Of a DNA stretch of 64,000 nucleotides, positions 1-8,376 are shown piece by piece. The notes under the pieces are model-generated. The model saw nothing but the letters and a program-made list of their open reading frames with translations. It ran no database searches and was not told where the DNA came from. Numbering within the stretch: the first letter of the stretch is position 1; each line of letters opens with the position of its first letter. The DNA is from an uncultured Pseudobdellovibrionaceae bacterium. GTDB taxonomy: Bacteria > Bdellovibrionota > Bdellovibrionia > Bdellovibrionales > JAGQZY01. Where the stretch lies: NCBI GenBank assembly GCA_964351315.1, contig CAYGNH010000007.1, positions 69,755 to 133,754 on the forward strand, given 5' to 3'. The translations under genes were made by a program, and so were the position numbers.

Positions 1-1517
1 GACGACATACAGTTTAACAGAGTGGTTTTACCAGAGCCCGTTCCTCCAGAAATAATAATATTCTTTCCCTGGCTAACACAGAGTTTTAAAAACTCCATCA
101 TTTGCTTAGTGGCCGAGTTGTATTTGACATATTGATCTACGCCAAAATCATCTTTGCGAAATTTTCGGATGGTAAGTGCGGGTCCATCGATCGACAAGGG
201 CTCAATTATGGCGTTGACTCGGGACCCGTCTTCTAAACGAGCATCCACATAGGGTGTTTTCTCGTCAATTCGACGACCCAGTGGAGTGACTATGCGTTCG
301 ATTACATTTCTAAGCTGAATATTTGAAGTAAAATGAATTTTGCTCAACTGAATTTTACCATTTTTTTCTACAAAGATTTTATCATAGCCGTTAACCATGA
401 TCTCAGAAACTGAGGCTAAAGCCAAAAGATCTTCCAGAGGGCCAAGGCCTAAGGCTTCATCAAGAACCTCTTTTATAATTTGTTTGCGATCGGCGGTGCC
501 CATGCCCTTGGCTTCTTGGTCTAAAATTTTTCCAATGGCAACTTTAACGTCATTCTGCAATTTTCGATCGAGTTCAGGGTCTTCTTTAGCTTTGGTAATA
601 TCATCATTTTTTAAATTAAGATCCTTGATGAGGCGACGATGAATAGTTAGTTTTAGATGAGTTCGGCCGTCAATTTTTTTACTCGCTTGCAGTGGTGAAG
701 CAGAGTTCTCTCCATCCCCAGGCTTCTTTAAATGAATACTTGGTTTTTGCAAAGTTTTAAGTTTTTGTAATAAACCACCGGAAAGAGTTCGTACGAGACT
801 GTGAAAGGCGGAAGAAATAGGCGCTTGTTTGGCGGCTAGTACAAAGGGGATCCCTCTTTTCAGTGCACCCATTGTCGTCAGATCGTCTTGAGGAATCGTT
901 CCTAAAACTTTTTTGCGCAGAGACTTTTCGATACTTGGGATGGCAAGACCGGCTTTACTAAACTTATTTACAATGGTTTGGACCATTGGTTGTGGAATGG
1001 TAGCGGCAGCCAATTCGTTGTGTAGTCGCAGAGTTTGATTGACGGTTAAAACCTCAGGAGTTGTAACGGTCAAGATGAGTGTCGTTAAGTCCATGGCTGC
1101 GAACTGGAGATCTTCCAATTGGTTGCCTAAGTCAAGGTATATAAATCTGTAGAAGTTGCTTAAAGTTTGAATTTGCTTGATTGCGACTGAATTATTTACG
1201 GTAAAGACTTCACCGGGGTTTCTGATCGCGGCGACGTAGTGTAGTGGAACTTGGGGGTGAATGTTTAGAACCGCACTAAGGTTTCGAGAGTTTATGGTTC
1301 CGGTGAAGTTACAAAGATCGTTCAGAGTTTTAGGTTTTTGGAAACCGGTAATAAAGTTTTGGTCGCCACAAGTTTTTGAATCCAAGTCGATAAGTAAAAC
1401 AGGAGTTCTAAGCTCCAAGCATGTCGCCATTGCTAGGTTGGCGGTAAAGACACTTTTACCGACGCCTCCTTTGCCACCGACGACTGAAATTACTGAACAA
1501 TTCGGATTGATAGCCAC
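1..1517 (-). CDS. cpaF: Fusion protein: ParA/MinD-type (TadZ/CpaE-like) ATPase domain + CpaF/TadA secretion ATPase. The C-terminus lies beyond the left window edge.
   Basis: By hand translation the minus-strand frame is open from GTG 1517 (alternative TTG 1544; in-frame stop at 1557-1559) down to nt 1 with no stop. It is absent from the ORF track because its stop is outside the window. The N-terminal ~250 aa carry the deviant Walker A VVGGKGGVGKS and look MinD/ParA-like (IDLD, TTPEVLTVNQT, IPQD). From ~nt 660 downward come CpaF hallmarks: LKLTIHRRLIKDLNL, GLGPLEDLL, EIMVNG and Walker A SGGTGSGKTTLLN (nt ~62-24). Confidence 0.85.
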   Translation of the reverse strand, partial: MAINPNCSVISVVGGKGGVGKSVFTANLAMATCLELRTPVLLIDLDSKTCGDQNFITGFQKPKTLNDLCNFTGTINSRNLSAVLNIHPQVPLHYVAAIRNPGEVFTVNNSVAIKQIQTLSNFYRFIYLDLGNQLEDLQFAAMDLTTLILTVTTPEVLTVNQTLRLHNELAAATIPQPMVQTIVNKFSKAGLAIPSIEKSLRKKVLGTIPQDDLTTMGALKRGIPFVLAAKQAPISSAFHSLVRTLSGGLLQKLKTLQKPSIHLKKPGDGENSASPLQASKKIDGRTHLKLTIHRRLIKDLNLKNDDITKAKEDPELDRKLQNDVKVAIGKILDQEAKGMGTADRKQIIKEVLDEALGLGPLEDLLALASVSEIMVNGYDKIFVEKNGKIQLSKIHFTSNIQLRNVIERIVTPLGRRIDEKTPYVDARLEDGSRVNAIIEPLSIDGPALTIRKFRKDDFGVDQYVKYNSATKQMMEFLKLCVSQGKNIIISGGTGSGKTTLLNCMS

Positions 1518-1573
1518 TTTTCCTCCACAAGCTCTTATCGGCAAAAACCAACAAAATTATAAGGGTTTATCCC

Positions 1574-3061
1574 TTATTCGCGCAGACGGAATTTCTGTTT
1601 GATTCCTTCTGAGCCAGCACTTGCTGAGGCTTTAATAATGGGGGTCACGAAAACCACAAACTGGTTTTTATTGCGACGAAAGTCCTTAGCCGAATACAAG
1701 TTAAAAATGGCATTAGGGTCTGGATCTTTATTGTACTCGGTGCCGGAATCTGTTGAAATCAGCCCACCAACCGCTGCACTCTGCCCACTGCGCACGTTGA
1801 CAGTGGTTTTAACATTGTTTTCGGCGGTCTGTGGTCCAGCCTGGGTCGAACCGATTAAGGTACTCATTGAAAAGCTCATATCCATCTGAATAACATCCGA
1901 CCGAGGGTTGACTATGGTCGGGGTTATATTCGAGGTGATTCCCACTTTCGCCGAGGCTGGAGTATTGACTCCAATTTGTCCATTGCTCCCCGGCTGTCGG
2001 ACGATATAGGGAATATTAATGTTAGATGAAATAATCCCAGGGCTTCTGTTTTTAGTAGTAACCGAAGTACTTTTCAAGATACGGGCAAAACCATGAGATT
2101 TTGCATAGTTCAGTTTCGGCAAAAGACCATTGATGACCCCCGAAATTTCGGCCACAATTCCATCATTGTTTTGCCTTGAGTCTTGTGTGAAAGCCACTTC
2201 AGTATTGTCTTGCAAAGAAGGCGCCCACTGGAAGGAGTTACTACGAAGATACTGCTTGCTCAGTTCTACATAGTGGACCACAAGTTGAATAATCTTTTCC
2301 GGAGGATCTGCGGGTTTTGCTCGCACTGTGAGTAGGTTGAGGACAACCGGGCCTTTTGGTTTTTTGACAACACCCTGAGCTTCGGCTTGGTTGATAATCG
2401 GTGGTGGCATATAGGTTTTGGCTATAATTTCGGCTTTGGCTCTCTCGTCGGCATTATTTGCGATTCCTTTTAAAATAAACTTTCCATTCACGGCTCGCAC
2501 TTCAATGTCCGGATTGTTGATATCTCTTTCTATGATTTCGGCGATTTTTTTCTGAGCGATGGGATTGATTTCGACCAGTGAAGAAACTTGTCCATCGCTG
2601 TATTGGGCGATAACGCCATAAATTCGGTTTAAATCTTGCGCCAACAAAACCTGACCGTCGATGACAACCTTGTTATTAACGATTTTGACTGTGATCCCTT
2701 CAATATCATGTAGAAGGCTACGAACCTCGCGAACGACCTTGGTGAGTTCGGTTTTTTGAATATCTAAGCGGTACTCGAAAAATTTCTGACCTTTGCGATC
2801 ATGCATAGCAAAAGTTTTTACCCCTTCTTTAAGTGGGATGAAGTCTAGAATCTTTCGTTCTCGGTCTAACAAAATTTTAACAAAGCCTTTGTAGTTCCCG
2901 GATGGCTCTGCGCCCGGAGGTAGGTGAGATAGAACTTCCCGGTGTTTAGTTCCAAGATAGAGGTTCAGGTATTTTTTTCCAACTTCAGCATCTTGTGCCA
3001 GAGTTGGCACAGTAAAAAGACCTGAGAAAAGAAAAGTCCAAAAAAGATTAGAGAGCTTCAT
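1574..3061 (-). CDS. cpaC: Flp/Tad pilus secretin (CpaC/RcpA family)
   Basis: 495 aa with a signal peptide (…VPTLAQDA). It has a secretin-type C-terminal domain (…AAVGGLIS…NQFVVFVTPII). It overlaps cpaB by 14 nt and sits between cpaB and cpaF, as in tad loci. Confidence 0.85.
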   Translation of the reverse strand: MKLSNLFWTFLFSGLFTVPTLAQDAEVGKKYLNLYLGTKHREVLSHLPPGAEPSGNYKGFVKILLDRERKILDFIPLKEGVKTFAMHDRKGQKFFEYRLDIQKTELTKVVREVRSLLHDIEGITVKIVNNKVVIDGQVLLAQDLNRIYGVIAQYSDGQVSSLVEINPIAQKKIAEIIERDINNPDIEVRAVNGKFILKGIANNADERAKAEIIAKTYMPPPIINQAEAQGVVKKPKGPVVLNLLTVRAKPADPPEKIIQLVVHYVELSKQYLRSNSFQWAPSLQDNTEVAFTQDSRQNNDGIVAEISGVINGLLPKLNYAKSHGFARILKSTSVTTKNRSPGIISSNINIPYIVRQPGSNGQIGVNTPASAKVGITSNITPTIVNPRSDVIQMDMSFSMSTLIGSTQAGPQTAENNVKTTVNVRSGQSAAVGGLISTDSGTEYNKDPDPNAIFNLYSAKDFRRNKNQFVVFVTPIIKASASAGSEGIKQKFRLRE

Positions 3062-3926
3062 ATCTTCCTCGTTTTTTTGGCTGCTGTTTAGGCGGCTGCT
3101 GTTTTTTTACGTCTTTTAGGTTCTTTTTGGGTGCTTTCTTTTTAAGAGAGCTAGAGGGGCGACGGGCAAGAACCTTGTTAACATCTGACAAAGGTAATAG
3201 ATTGGTGACGCGATCATTAGGGTTTCTTAAGGTTAGGAAAACCGGTGCGGCGATACTTGTTAAGTATAGCAGGTCTTGAGCCTCACTGGGAGAAACTTCG
3301 ACGGTGATATTTGAGTAGTTGTTTTCTACCCGAAGGTTTCGAATTTCGTACTCTTCAGAATTCCCCTGAATAACCTCGATAGGTAGATTGTCAACAACCT
3401 GTTGGCCAGTTGCTAGGACGGCTACATTTTGTAAGATCGTGCGGATTTTACGTTCTTTGTTCACGCCTTGGCCGTCATCAACGGCGGCGATAATATCGAC
3501 TCGATCGCCAGGCTTAATCAGTTTTGCCACACCTTGGACTTCGTTGACAGGAATCGTTACAGCCCTTTTCCCGGGTGCAATTTGCATAGAAAGACCGGTG
3601 CTTTTGTCGATCATGGTTAATTTGGTGTCTAAAATTTGCTCGCCCTTTTTAATCGGTGCTAAAGCAATCTGTCCAACTATATCGATGGGGTTTTGTACGG
3701 CCGACGGCTGAATAAAGTCAGAAGGCTTTTCAACCACCTCCAACTTTGATTCGTCGATGATTTCCATCTCTAAAATGTCAGCCCGAGCAACGACGACGGT
3801 TTTGGTCTGACCAAATTTTCGAGCCATGGTGGCCCGTTTGTCTTGAGCCCATCCGTAAAGAAGAACGACAGCAAAAACGGCCGAGGCTATTGAAATCCAT
3901 AATGTGCGTGTTTCGTTCTGTTCCAC
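3048..3926 (-). CDS. cpaB: Flp pilus assembly protein CpaB/RcpC (SAF domain) with a Lys/Pro/Gln-rich C-terminal tail
   Basis: 292 aa with an N-terminal TM helix, then the typical CpaB pattern VVVARADI…G. It lies directly upstream of the secretin gene. The tail reads KKKAPKKNLKDVKKQQPPKQQPKKRG. Confidence 0.8.
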   Translation of the reverse strand: MEQNETRTLWISIASAVFAVVLLYGWAQDKRATMARKFGQTKTVVVARADILEMEIIDESKLEVVEKPSDFIQPSAVQNPIDIVGQIALAPIKKGEQILDTKLTMIDKSTGLSMQIAPGKRAVTIPVNEVQGVAKLIKPGDRVDIIAAVDDGQGVNKERKIRTILQNVAVLATGQQVVDNLPIEVIQGNSEEYEIRNLRVENNYSNITVEVSPSEAQDLLYLTSIAAPVFLTLRNPNDRVTNLLPLSDVNKVLARRPSSSLKKKAPKKNLKDVKKQQPPKQQPKKRGRYEAL

Positions 3927-3930
3927 GTTG

Positions 3931-4413
3931 TCATCCTCCGCATTGATTGCTTAAGCAAATTCCGTAAAGTGTCATAATCCAAACAGGATTCACTGATACG
4001 GTTTGGTTTCGGCCCCCAGCGGGAACCCGGTCGAAAACATCTCTGTTGTGCACGGACTGCTGGCGTCCATCTTCGTTAATTTCCATCCCCATCGCTATAG
4101 GGCGTTCAGTGGCAACCTGTTCCGAACCAAGCAACTGAGTATCAGTATTAATCCCATGCAGTCGGGTCATCACATCGTAATAGTGAAGGGCGTCGCCTCG
4201 GTTCGAGCGAAAATACATCAAGTTGGTACGGTGCCTAAAAGTTTCAAAGACATAGGTTCTCGAATGAATGTTGTGTAATACACCAGTATGGACAATCCCA
4301 AAAAATCCAAAAGTGTAGTAGATCATAGAAATGAAGAGGACGGTCAACACGGTTGCTTCGATGCTCGCAAGACCTTTATTGTTTGCTAGTGGATTGTGCT
4401 TTACATATTTCAT
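3931..4413 (-). CDS. TadE/TadG-like pseudopilin
   Basis: 160 aa. The N-terminus NNKGLASIEATVLTVLFISMIYY is a prepilin-peptidase type leader (G followed by x-x-x-E and a hydrophobic helix). It lies in the tad cluster. Confidence 0.7.
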   Translation of the reverse strand: MKYVKHNPLANNKGLASIEATVLTVLFISMIYYTFGFFGIVHTGVLHNIHSRTYVFETFRHRTNLMYFRSNRGDALHYYDVMTRLHGINTDTQLLGSEQVATERPIAMGMEINEDGRQQSVHNRDVFDRVPAGGRNQTVSVNPVWIMTLYGICLSNQCGG

Positions 4414-4414
4414 A

Positions 4415-4999
4415 TCAGCACCCGTTGTCCATCATGACTGAGACTTGATCCAATTGAATGGGGTATGACCGAAGGTTGGTTAGCTGCTGACCTCGCTGAT
4501 CCATAAAGTCACGGCATTCTTGAAAAGTGGGTTCTCTAGCCAAAAAGGAATTCACATTGGTTTGAAAAGCTTGAGAATCCGAACCGGTGCTGCCGACCAT
4601 TGGTATCCGCTTGTATAAAATAGGGGCGCTAAAACGAATTTGGGCGCCGACAAAATTGTCAGACTCATACGAAGAGTCCGGATTGTATTCAGAATTGAAG
4701 TTCCCTAAAGTCACATCACTGACTTCAAACCAACCATAGTCAACCATCGATTCAAAAATAGGGTTTGAGGCTAACTCTTGGTATTTTTGTTGTCCTCGGG
4801 TCTGCTGTTCGTTTTCATTGAGGTGAGCTAATGAATAGTTGCGAGCAGCAGCGTATGACATGTATTGGACAACCTCGACGACTGACAAAGTCATCCCAAA
4901 ACTAAAAATCACGGCCGATAGAGAAAATATCAACATGGATGCGAATATAAAATCCACAGTCAGTATTCCGTTTTCATTTTTTAAAGGAGCGAAAATCAT
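4415..4999 (-). CDS. TadE/TadG-like pseudopilin
   Basis: 194 aa. The N-terminus KNENGILTVDFIFASMLIFSL is a TadE-like leader plus hydrophobic helix. Its start overlaps the upstream gene's stop (ATGA). Confidence 0.65.
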   Translation of the reverse strand: MIFAPLKNENGILTVDFIFASMLIFSLSAVIFSFGMTLSVVEVVQYMSYAAARNYSLAHLNENEQQTRGQQKYQELASNPIFESMVDYGWFEVSDVTLGNFNSEYNPDSSYESDNFVGAQIRFSAPILYKRIPMVGSTGSDSQAFQTNVNSFLAREPTFQECRDFMDQRGQQLTNLRSYPIQLDQVSVMMDNGC

Positions 5000-5244
5000 G
5001 GTGGAGTCCCCCGGGGAGAACCATGACGCCCAATATGATTGGGATGGGTCCCCCTTCCTTGTTCAGGAGGCATCCACACGCCATTTTCAATCATTCCAGC
5101 AATGTATCGCCATGGATTTTCGACTAAGGAGGACAAGATATTGTTTTCCTTCATGGCGCGACTTCCGGCAAACATAATGCTGGCAAATATGGTGACTAGT
5201 AGGACGGCTTCGACAGTGAGCTGGCCTTTGTTATTGGTGATCAT
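4996..5244 (-). CDS. Small TadE-like pseudopilin (82 aa)
   Basis: I used the internal ATG at 5244 of track ORF 4996..5478, giving MITNNKGQLTVEAVLLVTIFAS (TadE-like leader). ATG 5244-5242 overlaps the cpaA stop TGA 5243-5241 (ATGA coupling). The upstream 78 codons of the track ORF overlap cpaA in another frame. Confidence 0.6.
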   Translation of the reverse strand: MITNNKGQLTVEAVLLVTIFASIMFAGSRAMKENNILSSLVENPWRYIAGMIENGVWMPPEQGRGTHPNHIGRHGSPRGTPP

Positions 5245-5726
5245 AAAAGACCTCCAACCTGAACATGGGTCAGCCATCCAAACAGAATCGCTACTGTGTA
5301 GGGAATTTTTTGAGGCCGAGTCGGCTTTAACTTGTAAAACATGATGGATAAATTGGAAATCAATTGACCGAACTTCCCTGCAAAAAGGGCCTGCAAAACA
5401 CCAATAAGGGCTCCCCAAAATAAGGCGTAAACAAAAATTTCGAATGTTGTCATTGTTCCCATAATTAATCCAAAGCACATCATAAATTTAAAATCTCCAG
5501 CTCCGGTAGCCCCCATCAAAACCAAGGGAAGCATCAGAGCTCCGCCCACCACAAAACCACCAAGGCCTTGCCAGGGAGTCAGTTCACTGAACCAGAGCAA
5601 GTGAACTATTCCAGTAAGGGTGAGTGTTAAAAAAAGCCAGTTATGGAATTTTTTAAAACAAAGATCGTCTATCACTGCGATCACTAAAAAGCTCAATGGC
5701 CAAAGCGACGCAAGCAAGAAAGACAT
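5241..5726 (-). CDS. cpaA: Prepilin peptidase, A24 family (CpaA/TadV type)
   Basis: Both catalytic Asp contexts are present: VIDDLCFKKFHN and GAGDFKFMM. The protein is polytopic. I chose the start at ATG 5726 (MSFLLASLWPL), which overlaps the upstream ORF's stop (TGATG). The track ORF extends to 5768. Confidence 0.85.
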   Translation of the reverse strand: MSFLLASLWPLSFLVIAVIDDLCFKKFHNWLFLTLTLTGIVHLLWFSELTPWQGLGGFVVGGALMLPLVLMGATGAGDFKFMMCFGLIMGTMTTFEIFVYALFWGALIGVLQALFAGKFGQLISNLSIMFYKLKPTRPQKIPYTVAILFGWLTHVQVGGLL

Positions 5727-5947
5727 CAGGGACTTCCAAGTGGAGGTGCCCCTTGCGGTCTTGCCCATTCAATGGTTCGGCCATCACGAAATGGAAAGCG
5801 ATGTCCAAACGTGATGTTTTTTTCGACGCGAGCTCCCAGTCGAGGAGCAGCCTCTTCAAAAACTTTTCTAGGACCTCGATCGCCAAGAAAAGCTCCCCCA
5901 AGAATAAAAACAAACAATCCCAAAAGCAGGACAAGTTCAGTTGTCAT
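5726..5947 (-). CDS. Hypothetical small membrane protein (73 aa) between flp and cpaA
   Basis: It has a hydrophobic N-terminus (MTTELVLLLGLFVFILGGAF). Its stop is coupled to the cpaA start. I recognise no family, and several alternative ORFs overlap this region. Confidence 0.45.
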   Translation of the reverse strand: MTTELVLLLGLFVFILGGAFLGDRGPRKVFEEAAPRLGARVEKNITFGHRFPFRDGRTIEWARPQGAPPLGSP

Positions 5948-5970
5948 AGTTTACGCCCAACCCCGTTGTT

Positions 5971-6144
5971 TTATTCAAATGCGTTGATATCTTGTCCTAA
6001 CTTTTCAGTCTTTCCTCTAACGATATCGACGATTTGGTTTTTAAACATCATTGCAATTGAAACAACCACAACAAGCATTAAAATGTATTCAGTGGCTCCC
6101 TGAGCGGACTCATCTTGCCAAAGTTTTTTTAATGTCTTCTTCAT
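5971..6144 (-). CDS. flp: Flp-family pilin (57 aa), not in the ORF track because it is <60 aa
   Basis: Hand translation gives MKKTLKKLWQDESAQGATEYILMLVVVVSIAMMFKNQIVDIVRGKTEKLGQDINAFE. It carries the Flp motif G-ATEY followed by a hydrophobic helix. A strong SD (AAGGGGGAG) lies 4 nt upstream of ATG 6144. Confidence 0.85.
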   Translation of the reverse strand: MKKTLKKLWQDESAQGATEYILMLVVVVSIAMMFKNQIVDIVRGKTEKLGQDINAFE

Positions 6145-6185
6145 AGCTCCCCCTTAAAGGTTAAAACTTTTCTACTCACTAATCG

Positions 6186-6236
6186 GTCTAAAGGCTGAAG
6201 AACATTAGACAAACAAAAGTCTAGACATCCTCTAAA
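6186..6236. promoter_or_regulatory. Cluster of four GTCTA(A/G)-type half sites upstream of flp (candidate operator)
   Basis: The sites are GTCTAA at 6186-6191, its complement TTAGAC at 6205-6210, the palindrome GTCTAGAC at 6219-6226 and TCTAAA at 6231-6236. They lie 42-92 nt upstream of the flp ATG. Confidence 0.3.
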
Positions 6237-6281
6237 ATAGCCTTTCACCACATCTTAATTTTAACATAGGGATTTAATTTT

Positions 6282-6308
6282 AAATAAAAAGGCCTCCTGA
6301 ACGGAGCC
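6282..6308 (-). terminator. Rho-independent terminator downstream of the DUF547 gene
   Basis: On the minus strand: GGCTCC-gttca-GGAGGCC hairpin followed by TTTTTATTT. Confidence 0.5.
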
Positions 6309-6351
6309 ATTGTGTCTCAACATGAGACAAACGCAAATTTTTACGAATGGA

Positions 6352-7170
6352 TTACTGTTTAATGTTTTGTGGCCTGTTTAATTTCCAGTCATATTCTATA
6401 TAGTTAAGCTCTTTGGCTTGTTCAACCCGGGCTTTTATTTTGGGGTCTTTGATATATTTGATTAAGAAATTTTTAACTGAACCGGCGGACTCTTTGAAAT
6501 CATCTTTGTACCATTTAAAAAGGTGGGTCAGGTAAAGGGTTTCACCTTTGAATTTTAGATGGCGTTTGTTCCTTAGGGCCTGCTCAATATTTTGATCCAG
6601 AACTTTGTCGAGTTTATCAGGCTGATAAACAGACTTCAAAAGAGGGGGGCAGCCCGCAGAGGCACAGTTAACTGCAAAATGAATTCGCGCGTCTTTCCAG
6701 CCTTTCTTTCTGTAGTCCTCTCCAAGTAGGATTCCTTTTTCAATTTGGTCCAGGCTGTATTTTTTCCCTCCGATATTGTGTTGTTCGTTTTTAAAAATTT
6801 TATAGGGACTAAAAAACGATCCGAGGTCTTTTACACTATTGATTTTTCGTATATTTCCTTCGAAGCCTTCTTTGAGGACAACTTTAATCATAAAATAGTT
6901 GTATGCATTAATCCAAAAAGACATAGATTCGTTTTTGGACGTTAAAGTTTTTGGATCAAACTGGGTCAAGACTCTGTCTTGTTCTTCTAGGTCACTTTCA
7001 GTTTTGGGATCGAGTTTGGCTTGTTCATATTTGAATGCTGTATCAAGTGATCCATCCGGGTAGGAAAATTCCACTTGGTGGCGAAGTAAAATTTTTTGAA
7101 AAGAACTGAAATCCTGAGCGACTAAAGAAGTGGGAAGCCATAGAATGGTAAATAAGGTTAGAATCTTCAT
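6352..7170 (-). CDS. Secreted DUF547-domain protein
   Basis: 272 aa with a signal peptide. The motifs WINAYNYFMIKVV and HFAVNCASAGCPPL are typical of DUF547. Confidence 0.7.
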   Translation of the reverse strand: MKILTLFTILWLPTSLVAQDFSSFQKILLRHQVEFSYPDGSLDTAFKYEQAKLDPKTESDLEEQDRVLTQFDPKTLTSKNESMSFWINAYNYFMIKVVLKEGFEGNIRKINSVKDLGSFFSPYKIFKNEQHNIGGKKYSLDQIEKGILLGEDYRKKGWKDARIHFAVNCASAGCPPLLKSVYQPDKLDKVLDQNIEQALRNKRHLKFKGETLYLTHLFKWYKDDFKESAGSVKNFLIKYIKDPKIKARVEQAKELNYIEYDWKLNRPQNIKQ

Positions 7171-7233
7171 AGAAATCCTTTTTGGTTGTGCCTAAATCGT
7201 ACCACTAAATTTCTAAAATGAGAAATTCAGCTT

Positions 7234-8343
7234 CTATTTCTTGGGCGGCTCTGAGGGCTTGTTGCAATCGAGCATGCGTTGGCGATAGAGTTCTTGCCAC
7301 TGGGGTTGATCTTTTAGTAAACCAGAGGCTCGGCGAAAGTTATGATCCAGTTTTCTCTCTAGGATACAATGTCGAGTATAGGCTTGAAGGGCTACACCGT
7401 ACTTTTTTAAGTCAAAGGCGGTTTGAGCCAAGCCCATAAAAACTTCAGGCCCCGCTTCTTTTTTTTCGGAGGCTTTCAAATAGTACTTATAGGCAGCGCT
7501 AATGTTTCCACTTTTGTGGTAAGAGTCGGCTGCGGCGTAAAGGGCTTCTTCCGACTTAGAAAACTTTTTACCAACACTGGCTAACATTCGATTTCCAAGC
7601 GTTTCTTCACCTGCATTGACATGGGTTTGCCCAAGGTAAATATAGTTACTGGGGTCTTCTGGTTGTACAACAATGGCCTTTTTGCATGTCAGTTTAGACT
7701 CTTTTGTGAACTTCGCTAGAAAATTGTATTTGCATTGAAGACTATAGTGGCGGGGATAGAACTTTATACTATTTTTCTTCATGTCCTCCATGACTCGTAG
7801 AGCTTCAAAAGCGTAGTGCTCAACATAGGCTTCAAGTTTTTCTAACCATATGTCATATATCTTAGGATTCTCGGCGTCAGTATTTTGAACCGTTTTAAGA
7901 GTTTCAAAAAGCTTTTCATGAACCGGCTGGCGTACTAGTGGGTTTTCAACTTTGTCTAAAATTTTAGAGTAGATTTCAATTGCCAAAAGGTAGCTCGATG
8001 TTTTGACCTTTGTTCGACTTAGCAAAATGTTGGCAATCGCTTCGGACTGCCGATAGTCATCAATGCTAAGGTAGGAATAGGCCAGTTTGTAGATGGCTGA
8101 ATCTGGGAGTTGCTCGGCGACCGGTCCAAGAAACTGTATAACTTGATCCCATTGGTTTTGGTTGTAGAAGTGATTTCCTAAAAACATTCGAGATTTTAGG
8201 CTCTCCGGGTCTTTGGCAATATTTTGCATAAGAGCTTGGATCTCATGGGCTCTCAGTGGGCGTTCTAACTGTCCGTAAACGGGCCACCAAGACATATAAG
8301 TGCCTAGAATAAATAGAAAAATGAATGTTCTAAAATGATTCAT
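7234..8343 (-). CDS. Secreted TPR-repeat protein (possible TadD-like accessory; function unproven)
   Basis: 369 aa with an N-terminal signal/TM and repeated A-x-Y-x-L-A/G TPR-like helices. It lies upstream of the flp cluster on the same strand. Confidence 0.6.
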   Translation of the reverse strand: MNHFRTFIFLFILGTYMSWWPVYGQLERPLRAHEIQALMQNIAKDPESLKSRMFLGNHFYNQNQWDQVIQFLGPVAEQLPDSAIYKLAYSYLSIDDYRQSEAIANILLSRTKVKTSSYLLAIEIYSKILDKVENPLVRQPVHEKLFETLKTVQNTDAENPKIYDIWLEKLEAYVEHYAFEALRVMEDMKKNSIKFYPRHYSLQCKYNFLAKFTKESKLTCKKAIVVQPEDPSNYIYLGQTHVNAGEETLGNRMLASVGKKFSKSEEALYAAADSYHKSGNISAAYKYYLKASEKKEAGPEVFMGLAQTAFDLKKYGVALQAYTRHCILERKLDHNFRRASGLLKDQPQWQELYRQRMLDCNKPSEPPKK

Positions 8344-8376
8344 TTTTTTCTAAGTCCTTCCGATAAGGTTTTACCT

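Noticed and set aside
5245-5478. The N-terminal 78 codons of track ORF 4996..5478.
   Set aside because: They overlap cpaA in another frame. The internal ATG 5244 yields a proper TadE-like leader and is coupled to the cpaA stop.
5653-6103. Several overlapping ORFs (5653..5934 minus; 5696..6103, 5772..5987 and 5620..5814 plus) in the flp-cpaA interval.
   Set aside because: They are mutually exclusive. Only 5726..5947 (minus) is coupled to neighbouring genes, and the plus-strand ORFs run antisense to flp and cpaA.
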